Assembly: GCA_051530055.1 (NCBI GenBank)
Contig: CM121342.1
Coordinates: 13,283,480 to 13,347,479 of the forward strand
Direction of reading: 5' to 3'
DNA: 64,000 nucleotides
Source of the DNA: Neoechinorhynchus agilis
Lineage: Eukaryota > Animalia > Acanthocephala
Of this stretch, positions 1 through 11,300 are shown piece by piece; the stretch's first letter is position 1, and every line of letters starts with the position of its first letter. The notes below the pieces were generated by a model. It had not been told where the DNA came from. It did no database searches and saw only the letters and a list, made by a program, of their open reading frames with translations. The position numbers were made by a program, and so were the translations under genes.

Positions 1-465
1 ACATAATTTGCTTCAAGTAGAACAATCAAAAAGTTCCTCTCAACGTGACAACTCAGAGACGGATTTGCTTAATTTAACGGCAACAGAATAACGAAGGAGA
101 GGAGGAGGAAGAATATTTCATCGTTCTTCGTGGTCTTCCACATTGAGAATTCGATTTTGATGTTACAGTTAGCCCAAAGTCCAATCGATTTTCCGTTATA
201 ACAACAAATACGACTTACAGCTCCTGAGGGTTTTAAAAATATGAGAAAAGGTGCGATTTTATGAACGGAAATTTTACTGTGAGACCAGCAAAAGATTTGG
301 TTGCATGCTTAAAAAAGAAAATTGCATCATTCGTTAAAAACGATTTTTTATGTTAGGTTGCGAAAAACTTATTGGGGAATTACCGCTGGTTATCCAGAAA
401 CATAAATCCTAATTCGAGTTTGGCGATGTTTTTTCCCCGGATTGTTGTTGGTATTGATCATTTAT

Positions 466-506
466 TTAAAATATTTCGTAAGCTTTTTGCTTACCTCTTC
501 AGTTAT
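466..506 (-). ncRNA. Minimal type-I hammerhead ribozyme motif in PLE pseudo-LTR
   Basis: Minus strand reads UAA CUGAAGA G GUAAGC-AAAAA-GCUUAC GAAA UA U U UUA: intact core, perfect 6-bp stem II, 3-bp stem I. Confidence 0.7.
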
Positions 507-1230
507 ATCTACAAATTAAGCTAACGTCAGAATTGGATTGTAGGTGTAGATCCGCGGGTTCGTCAAGCGCCGTACCTACGTACCAGCTGCGGTGATTTAA
601 CGTGATGGTTTGGTTTTGTCCTGAATTTTCGGAAGTACTAGCGTATGATTCGCTTTGTTACCCTCCCTGGTTACATTCCCTGTGATGAATATTGCCTCAA
701 TTACCAATCTCCTCCGTAAATTAGCTTCAGGCTGCATTGTTGATGCTCCTCCGAAGTTCACACGGTGTTTTTCCTTCTCCCGATGATTCGAGATCGCTTA
801 GGAACCATCAAACCTCCTGCACGCTTGTTAGTGTTGTGCTATTCTTTTGGACAATTCTTGCATCGTTTGTCCCTCATAGATACGATCACATTCCATGCAT
901 GGGATTTTATATACCCCCTTTGTGCATTTTCTACTGCTCTTCTTCTCGAGCAATCGCGTGATAGTTCGACTTTTCTTGTACGAAGTTCTTAGGTTCGAAT
1001 ATTTCTTCTTCAGTCCATTTAGCTTCTTACTTGCTGTATCGCTCACGAACTTAAGAGATGCATACATCTTGGGTTCGGCTGTCTTGGTTTCTTTTTCTCG
1101 TTTTGGACTGCTGATTCGTTGCATGCCCCCCTTGATTATCCACCATGGTTATTCTTTTGAGCACTGTCGTTATTAGGGAAATTTGTAATCTTTGACATCT
1201 TTGACAATTATTGATATGGAACTAAAAAAT
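466..1230 (-). mobile_element. Penelope-like element 3' fragment (GIY-YIG endonuclease, decayed) with downstream hammerhead
   Basis: ORF 828-1124 has KGVYKIPCMECDRIYEGQT..LSKRIAQH. It continues through two stops as ..AISNHREKEKHRVNF..EANLRRRLVIEAIFI, the typical PLE GIY-YIG domain. An HHR motif follows on the same strand. Confidence 0.85.
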
Positions 1231-2212
1231 TATAGATTCGCCTAAGACCATTTTGGATACTTCCAATAATCAACGTTTTCCTTGGTTTCCGATCGTGTGA
1301 TGTTCGACCTTTTTCGGAATGTTACCCGCGTCCGGACTGGTGAATCAGCGAGTAAATAATCGATGACATCGGTGCTGCTTGAACGTGGCTCATGCTTTTG
1401 AGAAGACTTAATGCCCCGCATGCGCACAGGAAGCGAATTTATTTGAAATTTTCATGCATCTATCACACCAATGCGGTTTGTTTCTCATAGAACACTTCAA
1501 TATCTCATATACCCTTTTTTGTTCCAATAAAACCATATCATTGGCACTCAATTCTATAGTTGGGATAAAAGCGTATTTTATTATCAGATCGATTCGAATG
1601 TCGGCACAAGTATCTCCGATTTAGGATTTCCCTTCCTCGGCTTTTTAGTTTCCTTCTTAGCGCTTATATATCGGTATTGCCGCAGTAGAAATGCGCTCTT
1701 CAATTTGGGTTTTTTTAACGTAATTATGCTTTAATAAAAACACAAAACTCATGGTAAATCTATCGCATTTTTAAAATGAACGACATCATAATTGATAGTG
1801 ATGAGCTCTATGTTCGTTCTTAAAAAATGACATAAGATAAAAAATGCTCGCTGATTTCGCTAAATATTACAGATTCCGAAATTTTAGTGTAGTCGGTGTT
1901 GTCTGATGCGATTTTATTTTTTAATCCGTCAAAATAACGCCGAATACAGGCGAATTGTCGTCCGAAGTGTTGATAACTTGCAATCAATGCACAATATTGC
2001 GGTAAGAAAATTTTTTAATATAATCTCTTAAGATGTATCAATCAGAAGACGCACTCTTCCACCAGTTGAAACCGAGTAAGATGCCTTAAAGTCCATGTTT
2101 TTAAGGAAAAACACAAACAATAATCCAATATTTCTAAACCAAGGCCAAGCTAAGAGCCCACATTCTAAGAAATCACGATTTACCGACACTGTAGAAAAGT
2201 ATGAATTTTCGA

Positions 2213-2596
2213 TCACGTTGAGAGTGATTTCATTAGACTACCGGAAGATTTCCTAGGGATTGATCATACCATTTTCCGATTTGGATTAAATTTTCAAATT
2301 TAACGTTGTTCATTTAGCCATTAGAAAAGTGTGGAGGCGGCTTATTAAAATTACTTAGAAGCGAAGGGTTGAAACCGTTCGGTCAGCGATTTCCGTCGGT
2401 TAGTTATTTCCAAAGTACCGCTGAAACGTTTGTAAATAAACAGCACCGTAGTACGCGTATTTATACTACCTTTGCGCCCTCCAAAACATTCCTCTGTGTG
2501 CTGCCACTGTTGATAAATACGAGCTGGTATACATTTATTACAACAGAAGTGAGACAAGTAGCACCGACTCTTCAGAATATATTCGACGTCAGGCAT
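2213..2596 (-). CDS. Possible small spliced gene of unknown function
   Basis: Three GT-AG introns join in frame to give MPDVEYILKSRSYLSTVAAHRGMFWRAQSGTLEITNRRKSLTERFQPFASKKSSGSLMKSLST*. No family recognised. Confidence 0.3.
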
Positions 2597-2673
2597 CTCT
2601 TCCTCTCGTTCTCAGCATATACGCGACCATATTTTCTGAGACTTCCTCAAGGCATCCAACGAACCAGCCAAAA

Positions 2674-2847
2674 ATGTCAGGAATCAATAGCCTGGTACTG
2701 GCAATTATCGCCATTTTCGTTCCGCCGTTAGCTGTCTTTTTGAAGGTCGAAGAATGCAGCGGACAAGTGTGGCTCAATATACTACTCACAATTTGTGGGT
2801 TTATCCCTGGATTGCTTCATGCTCTCTTTGTTATACTTCGTGATTGA
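2674..2847 (+). CDS. PMP3/UPF0057 (RCI2-type) small membrane proteolipid, 57 aa
   Basis: MSGINSLVLAIIAIFVPPLAVFLKVEECSGQVWLNILLTICGFIPGLLHALFVILRD matches the ..PPLAV..LNILLT..G..PG..HA pattern. Too short for the ORF track. Confidence 0.9.
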   Translation: MSGINSLVLAIIAIFVPPLAVFLKVEECSGQVWLNILLTICGFIPGLLHALFVILRD

Positions 2848-3319
2848 TATTTCGACTGGTTAGTCGTCATGGTTAATAAATAAAAGAGTTTCTAAGTGAA
2901 CTTTTTAGCTCGAAAAGTCTTGTAGGTTCTTCAAGTCTATTTTTGACAATAATAGTCCTTTGCAAAGAATGTTTCTTTTGAAATGTAGAGAGAAGGTTAC
3001 TTCCATACTGGGACTATATAATGTTCGGTTGATTTAGTTCTGAATGTATTTCTCGTCCTACTAAAACTCTGCGTTGTAGATTCTTAAGAAAAGTACAAGG
3101 CTGCTGAAATTCGTCACTTGTATGGATGACTATAAACGAGAAAACGTTCATACATTAAGCAGTTTTTATTTCTGAATTTTAACCACTATATTTTAGAAAA
3201 TGATGCTTGTTTTGAGAAGGAAAATAGCGTTACCTAACTTTGTTTATACTATGAAAATACTTAGCCTCCTCGAAAGCTATATATAGAGCGTAATATTTTG
3301 ACTCTTACGTTCCGTGCAA

Positions 3320-3559
3320 ATGAGCGAGCCAAATAGTATCGATGATTTAACTGAGAAGGATTTGATGGAAATTTGCAAGGAAATTGATACAGATAATGAC
3401 GGTTTTATTCAACCCAAGGAATTGTACGAGGGATTGAAGAAACACGGTCAGCACATGACCCTCGAGGAGATCGAGGAGGCCTTAAGAACGTGCGATATGG
3501 ACAATGATGGTAGAGTGAAATATGACGAATTCATTCAGGGAGTTCTTGGCGCTAAATAA
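3320..3559 (+). CDS. Two-EF-hand calmodulin-like protein, 79 aa
   Basis: Canonical loops DTDNDGFIQPKE and DMDNDGRVKYDE. ATG at 3320 in ORF 3314-3559. Confidence 0.85.
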   Translation: MSEPNSIDDLTEKDLMEICKEIDTDNDGFIQPKELYEGLKKHGQHMTLEEIEEALRTCDMDNDGRVKYDEFIQGVLGAK

Positions 3560-3624
3560 ATCGCTTCTCAACACTATCATCCGTGATCTTTATTGCATTC
3601 TCCGCCTTATTGAACAAATTCTTT

Positions 3625-3938
3625 AAATTACACTTTCGGTGAGAATAATCCCGGTCATCACATATTTTATTTATTCGAAATATTTCGCGAGGTATCCTCG
3701 GCTCTTCAGTCATTGTTAAAGTAGTGAGAAATAATGAAGTTATGTAGCTTTTTCGCAATGAAAGTTCGCGGATAATTGGTCCCTGAACTTCGGGTTTGGG
3801 GATCCCGCGCACTCGAGCAAAAATCGTAATATGGAAAACCTAATTTTAGATGACTGAGGAGGCGAGGATACCTCGCGAAATATTTCGAATAAATAAAATA
3901 TGTAATGACCGGGATTATTCTCACCGAAAGTGTAATTT
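3625..3938. repeat. Hammerhead-bearing palindrome P1 (arms about 88 bp, spacer about 135 bp)
   Basis: 3625-3714 is the near-perfect reverse complement of 3849-3938. Right arm reads CUGAGGA G GCGAGG AUA CCUCGC GAAA UAU U. Left arm (minus) reads CUGAAGA G CCGAGG AUA CCUCGC GAAA UAU U. Confidence 0.9.
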
Positions 3939-4404
3939 TATTATCCCGAAGGACTTTCTATCGATGGTTAAACAGTTTTTATGCTTTTTTACTTATATGT
4001 GTATTTTCAACTTTTATTGAATTGAATGCAAGCAATGAACTGATAAGGATTTATCATTTTACAGGCCTAATTAGTAGATTATATCATGGGTATTACCATT
4101 TTTGTTATATTTTAAAGGGCTGAATTCAGAATCAGTACGATCTAAAAACAATGATGCGAATTGCTTCTTGATTTGTCAGTCGTGGAGCTTGACTTAAAAA
4201 TCCTAAACACTAAAACTTTATCTGAGATCCATGAATTTGTTGACAAAGGCGAAATTAATAAATTCTCGCGAACAACAGTTAGCTTCGAGAACGCGAATAT
4301 GTTAAATGTTTCCGATGCTTATTTTTGCGTCGAATTTGCATTGCTTTCATACTTCCTTATTGGGATAAATTCTCGAGTTTTTTCTCAATTTGACTAATGT
4401 AAAA

Positions 4405-4581
4405 ATGCTTGTTGATAGTTAAAGGAATTTATTAAATCCGATATTTCAGCACAATATTGTGTCTTTATCAAGGTTTAATCGCACTAATAAAACACATAAA
4501 CAATATTGATATAGGCGCGAGATTGTACCGAAATATCAGATTTAATAAATTCCTCTAATTTTCACGCCATAAAACAAGCAT
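4405..4581. repeat. Decayed palindrome P2 with HHR 3'-half remnants
   Basis: GGAATTTATTAAATCCGATATTTCAGCACAAT (4424-4455) versus ATTGTACCGAAATATCAGATTTAATAAATTCC (4522-4553). Both arms read GAAATATC outward, preceded by a decayed TTGATA.. core. Confidence 0.7.
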
Positions 4582-5934
4582 GAATAGGGCAATCTTTAAA
4601 CTTCTGGAAAAATACAATTTCCTCGACCTTTGCTTACGCAGGCCAACCTAAATACGTCTCAAAATGCCATTTTCGTATAAGAATTTTTTCCTTTAACATA
4701 AAAGACAGGTACGAAGTTCTAATTTTTATTCATTACTTAGTTCAGTATTGAATTACGGCCGACCCTTGGACGAATTGATTTCGGGATACGTCTTTGCCGC
4801 TTTACTCCATGTCGTTCGTCTTTAGGCTGGGTAGTCGCATCAGACGGCGTTCATCAATACACAATATATCAAGATTAACAACCAAGATAAACCGTTCAAT
4901 AAAGCACAATCAAGTGTTCCCATGTTGATGTTCCTCTAGCGTTTCATGACATTAGCGCAAAATTTCTGCGTTCTTCGTACCGGGTGGATATTCGGTTCAC
5001 TTTTTAATGAGAACTCCGTCGCTATTTATGTCTATTTAAAATGGCACTCCATTACTTTTACACTTAAATCGTTACAATAAAAGGTTCGGTTGATTGCAAT
5101 CAAACTAAAAATGCAACTGTAGATTCGGGAATAGACTGCTCCAAAAACGGTGCTTACTCTAAAACGGTAGGCAACAAACCAATCCGAGAACCACATCGAT
5201 GGAAAATCCAAACTTTTGTCAAACTTTTCGCGATTTCCTGAGTAACTTGGCGAAATGCGATCACTCCGTATAAATAGACGGTGCACTCTGGTGTCACACC
5301 AGCGAATATAACATGTTCATCTCAAGTTTTCTTAGAGACATTATGCAATGTGTATCACATTTTGATGGTAAGAACAATTCCCGGCTGTTCCTTGAAAATA
5401 TTGAAATCGATATGTTTACAGTAAAGAGGGCGGGAATGGGAGCTGGTGCATGTCTTGAGAGGTTTGTGATAAATTGAGCTTTTTATGTCCAGATGCAAAA
5501 AGGTCGAGCCATTAACTTTCGAGGGTTGACTGAGAACTCCGAACGGTAGTCAAAGATTTCGTCCTGGTTAGTCTCATCGTTCTTGAAGACATCTGTGCCT
5601 TCAATCCATTAGACCATCGTCAAGGAATTCTGCAATGCCAACCCCAGGCATTTGAAATGGTGACGAACTGTACAAGTCTTAATCTAGTCTCCTTCATTCC
5701 CATAAGCACATATATTAAATGGGCCACTATAATAAAGTAGACGTAAGTGTCATTGAGAATATCGTCAATTCTTTACTCTGATGGTGTGATCTCTCGTTTC
5801 GAAAATTACATTTTAGTCGGTTTTTGTTTGAGAAGTTTTATATCTTGCTGGTTTTCACTGGAGGTTTGGCAGAAAATTTCGCCTTTATTTGATATTCTTG
5901 ACGAAGTGCAAAGCAGTCAGTTTGCTTTGACTTT

Positions 5935-5990
5935 TTTTGTGACCGTTACACCAGAACGGCCGCTGAGTGATCCAGAGCGGTGGTGTTAAC
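5935..5990 (+). mobile_element. CRE-type non-LTR 3' end remnant
   Basis: GACCGTTACAC..CGGCCGCTGAGTGATCCAGAGCGG matches the ORF end/3'UTR of the CRE copies at about 24290-24330 and 28020-28060. Confidence 0.55.
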
Positions 5991-8358
5991 GATTTCATGT
6001 CTAAAAAATCGCTTTAGTGAGAAAATATTACCCAGTTAATCGATAACTTTTCCGTTTCAGAACATATTCTCGGAAATAAAAAGGAATTTGATGTATAAGA
6101 CATTCTTGAGAGTTCTTAACAAGCTCGTTTCGCAAAACAAATTCGTATGGAGGATTGTTTAAATTGTCAAAATGCTCGAAGGGTACATTAGTAAAACCAT
6201 TCAATGCACTCGTCGTTTTTGCCATCTCGTTGCAACGCAAATCAATATTTACTCGCTCCTAATTTGACTAAAAAATTGAAGTTTAAATAAGGTTAAAACT
6301 TCTGGCAGCCATAAAGCATTTGTTATTGTAGCGTCTAAGTGTTCATTTCGGTAATCGCATTTCACATAAATACACAAAGATTCACTTAAAATTCTGATTC
6401 GTTAGTAGTCTGTTATTTATCAGAAGAATGGTTTATCAATTTAAAATTCAATAATATATAAGCGAAAACGATCGGGGTCTATATTTGCCTAATGTCACAA
6501 AGGCATTAATTCATTCTTACAAATCATAAACTGATTGAAATACTCAGTTTTAACAAAACGCGAATTTTGTTCAATCGTATTGATGGATTTGTAGTTTGCT
6601 GGACCTCGGATTTTTCTGATGTTTCAAGCAACAAATATTTTTTTAAGATCGCTACACTCACGTAAATTTATTTTCATTTATGAAAAATGTTATATCTAAC
6701 TTTTGCCATTCAATTTAATTCCGATAACTTAAAATGGATACGCATTCGTTGTTAGAAAAATAAAGATTGCTATTTTTGTCGAACATTTGACTAATTCGTT
6801 TTTGATAAATATATGTGTTTAATCTGTTAGCGGAACTTGCGTGGCAACCCCTTGAAACACCCACGTGTCTCTCATTTCAGGCTTCCTAAATTGCCCCATT
6901 TTCCGCCATCATAGCATATATGATGGCTGTTTTCTCTCAAGGCTTCCATAAGCCTTACATCGGCGTAGTCAGGCTCATTTGTGATTTGATTTCGACCGGT
7001 TTTCAGATCTCTAACATTCCCAAACGGTCTATGAACTCGTTATCAGTTCGCTTTACACCACAGAGAATCCTATCAATTGTGGAAGCCAACAAGCGTGACT
7101 TGCACATCGTTGTACGCCTCGTTGATTCATAATGATTTGGTGCAACGACATTTAGTGTTCGTGTGTTTGTGGACACTAGTTTTCCTGGTACTACCGGGTC
7201 AATTCGTCAGCTGAAACGAGTTTTGTCCTTAGGCTTAAAGGAAACCCTAATAATTCACGGCAGCTTGTATGCTAGCCTAGTTCGGTTGAGAAGGAAAAAT
7301 GGCCTTGTCCCTTTCTTCACCGTGCACCAAAGGATCAGGACACAGGGTAGTTCTACTGAGACGTCTCACCTGCTCCATCTCTACCAGCTGGATCCCTAGT
7401 GTGTTGATGCTACTCGATCTCCACTATCCTCTGAAAGAGGTAACCAAAACGTTTTTACCGTGTTTGCACAACTCTCTCCGAGGTGCCTCTAACATATCCA
7501 CAGAGACACAAAAAACAGCCTGAATTCGGTTGCATGTCTGAGTCTCTTTTTGATTGATGATTGACTTGTCTGGTCGCCCGTCAGGCACACGCACACATCG
7601 AACAATCAATTATGCTCTTTAGAGTTTTGAAATCTTTTTTAGTAAAGCTTAGTGGATCAGAAAGCTTCTTAAAATAGATGAAATTTTTTTGGATCTTATC
7701 CTTGATTCAAAATAACGCATTTGGTCTTATAGAAACCAATTGGAAAGGGGTGATTTGCTGATTCGGAAAAACCGGATCAGTAAAACAGTCATTCTAGCTG
7801 CGCTCTTGTCTCACATAGAAACCAAAGCCATCGTAATTATCTTGATTTATAGGTAAATCCATTTAATTATTGGTCAAAATTCACCATATTCTCCGATTTA
7901 GCCATTATGAAAAGAGCAACCGTGAATCCGAGATTCTGGGCTAAGTAAGTGTCATTCAAACTTTGACATTTTTCATCACATCAGTCTCGCCTAGGACTTT
8001 CTACCCCTGCCTGTTTCTGTAGCGTTCTATGCAAACCAAAGTGTTTAGATTTTCAACCGCCAGTATAAAGAGTTTCTTGGGCTATACCAAATTTCATGAG
8101 CACCTTGGAACGATTTTCGCTTATTCATATGATTTCGATTATAAATCAATTGCTATAATGGCCAATGTGGAGGGTGCATAATTATTAAACGCATGAATCA
8201 AGGGAACGTTGAAAATTGTGAAAAAAATCTACTGTTTAGCCCTATGAAGACGGTAACCATTTATGGTTATATGCCCGTCGAAAACATTGACACTTACAAT
8301 TTATGTCTGCTTATTTTCCTCTAATACTACTCGATTGCAGATATCGTTTATTTGTATA

Positions 8359-11300
8359 ATGTCCTTTGATATTGATTCCTCTTCCGGCACACATGAACTC
8401 ACCGAACGAATGAACCAATCAAAATTTTTGAAGGAAAATGACAATGTTACTGCCAACGAAGACACTCGTTATCACCAGCAATTAGACGAGCTATTGGTTG
8501 AGCTACATGAAGGTTCTACTTTTATTTAAACTCAAAATTCACTTCTAAAGCATCTTATTTTTTAGGTGACATTACCGAAAAGGGTTATCTGAAGAAACGC
8601 TTAAAACTTTTGCAAGAATACCAAGAGCGCTTTGGTAAACCTCTGTTTCATGACTATCAGCGAAACCAAGAAGATTTCGACGAAGTCGCAGTTCCTCGTA
8701 CTTTCAAGCGAAGAAAACGCACTTTTGAACGTTTAGCGGTTGACGAAACAGAAATGGATAGTCTTACTTATCCTAAGGTTACTGATCAGCTTGTCAATTT
8801 GGTCCATACCTTGAGCGTATGTTTCTTACATGAACATATATCTTATATTTAAAAAACATATAGAAGACGAAAAAAGTGATAAACGATGTTGCTGCTACCC
8901 AGAAGTCCACTAGTTCTTTAAGTCGAGATGAAGACACGCCTCGTCCGCTGGGTCCTTTGTGTCCACCAATCTTTGGTGCTGCAACTGCTAACGAGGTAAC
9001 TCTATGAATACCATCACACTTCAAATCGTCACTTTGAAGGTAACTGCGATCATCGAACAGAGCTCAATGCGCTCGTTGAAGTCTCCTTCCAGAGTATACT
9101 CATGTAATTTACTAGGAGCCCTAGTTTTGCATGGCAAGAGCAATCGAAGGAGCCAAACCAGCGTTATCACCGTACTTTCTCCTTCGGGAAAAGCAGTCGA
9201 GTGCTTGACCTTCGGTGAGTTCATTGGTGATCCTTTGAGTCATTCAGACCTTAACATACATAGCACGATTATTGAATCGGAGTAGAAAAATCGCTTATTC
9301 GCTTGTTCAACAGAACCACACAAGTGCGCTGTTAGCATACCGACGCAGCGAGATAGTCCATTTCGCTTCCGCCTTTTACGGTTGCATGATGGCCTCCGTT
9401 ACACCGGTACTTATCCAAGGATGCTTGGTTAGATTGTATTTTTGGTTTCATAACAACATATCTAGCAAAACAGGAGTTAATTCTCTCAAACAAACTGCAG
9501 ACGCAGTTTTCCAATGATCGGCATGTCCGGCTCTGCTTGTTGACTTATGACTCACATAAGCTCGCTCAAAGTAGTGAGTGTTGCCTCAAAAAGTTGAATT
9601 TGATGATTAGCGAGAAACTGGATCGACCGAGCAAACACTGGTCACCTCCTACAATCCACAGTAACTCGTTTGCGTACATTGAGGTAAGTTACAGATTTCT
9701 GAGTTTGAATTGCAATGTGCGATTGATATTGGTATTCATAGAAGGACTTCAGTGAATTAATTAATACTGGATTTAAGCATGATCAAATATTGGCCCACTG
9801 CGAAGTATTATCCAAGACTTGTGGATATGTAGAAGGTTTGCTTCACTATTGATCGAATTTTACCAACCAAAAGTATATCCATGATCATTTTGGTGATTTA
9901 AGTTCAAATTGTCATTCTGTTGTCGACGCATAAAATGAAGATTGTTTATTCAAAGTTGCTCATAGGGACTTTAATTTCTAGTGAGAATAACAGTGATTAA
10001 TTCTAGTTTAAAGATCCATTTTGCTACCTTAATTGCAGCACAATAAAGGAGACTTTCAGTTTAACCTTGACATTTTTATCCTGATAAAGAATATAAACTG
10101 ATGACTGTACTATGTTCAAAGGACTAGTGTACTGACTTCACGTCCAAGAACGTGTGCCCAATTTATAAAGCGCTTATCGTGTCTCGAAATCCACCTTCGA
10201 CTTTGATAAACATCCGTCTTCAACTTTGGATTCTATTGATATCTGCTACTTATCTTAAACTATAATAAAAAATGCAGGTCTAATCTGTAGTCTATTTAGG
10301 TGATGTAATAGTTACAACCGCGAACTATCAGACCTCTATCGGTCTTTGGCATATTGTTCAATTGGTAAGTTTGCCCTTCACATGGATATATTGTCATTTT
10401 TGTGAGAAAGGCTGTATATGTTGGAATGCAGGTTGTTTTTGTCCCGGGTCATAAGGACGACGAAAATGATGAGACTAAAAACCGATGCGGTTGTCAATGG
10501 ATCCACGCTGCGCACAAATACCGCGGTATTCTTGGCTTAAGTTTTGGCCCATTAAAACTCTCTTTACATTGGCAGCGACCGTTGTCATTGTATCCAGCCG
10601 TGACTTAGCAAGAGCATCTCCACTTCGAACCCGAGAGATGGCCGATCTAAGTTGTGTAAAAATGATCCTCTTAACTGATCCAATTGCTTCTTCTTCGGGT
10701 AAGGTTTTTGGTTTATTTGCGGTAGCGTTATCTTTATCACTTTTCAGAGTGTCAAGCAAATGTCAATTCGTTTCTAAAAACATTCAGAACTTTCGCTCAT
10801 ATTAGACCAAATTGTCTTTGGTCGTGTTCCTATAGTTCAGAATCAATGACGTTCGCCATCGGTCCCATCGGAAATGAATCAACAACTCTTTCTATGTACT
10901 CCATGTGCCACTTAGTGGTCAGACCTGAACACGTTGCATCAGGAGCTGCAGTCAATCTCGGCACTGCTGGACAAGTACTTCCTAATTGTAAGTTTTTCTT
11001 TAAATCCGTTCATGACTTATTGTTAGAACATTAGGCGTCGTTGCTGTAATAAAGATCGAAGGCCCACCGATTTTATGTCAGTCAGATGAGATTGGCGAAT
11101 TTGTTGTATCGAGTCCGTCTATATCACCGTCGGGTCACACGGTATGCCCAATGTATCCAGATGGACAGTCGATTTCTTGTGAAGATCATTATCCTCAATT
11201 TATAAAAACAGGTTTCTATGGATATTTTAATGTAAGTGAAACCGTACTGGAAAAGTGCATCTTAGTCCAAACATCAATTAGCTCATTGATATTCAATTTT

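Noticed and set aside
2843-2878. GACT-AACC-AGTC GAAA TATC on the minus strand at the PMP3 3' end
   Set aside because: The CUGANGA half and stem I are absent.
5545-5590. CGATGA..GGACGAAA resembling an HHR
   Set aside because: Stem II does not pair, and the segment reads as plausible coding sequence (DETNQDEIF) of an unidentified minus-strand gene.
6840-7620. GC-richer block with an RPD-containing ORF, possibly a retroelement remnant
   Set aside because: No convincing domain motif in any frame.
10430-10580. Apparent missing AG acceptor in DIP2
   Set aside because: Resolved: the exon continues as WIHAAHKYR and a canonical intron (about 10527-10576) switches frame.
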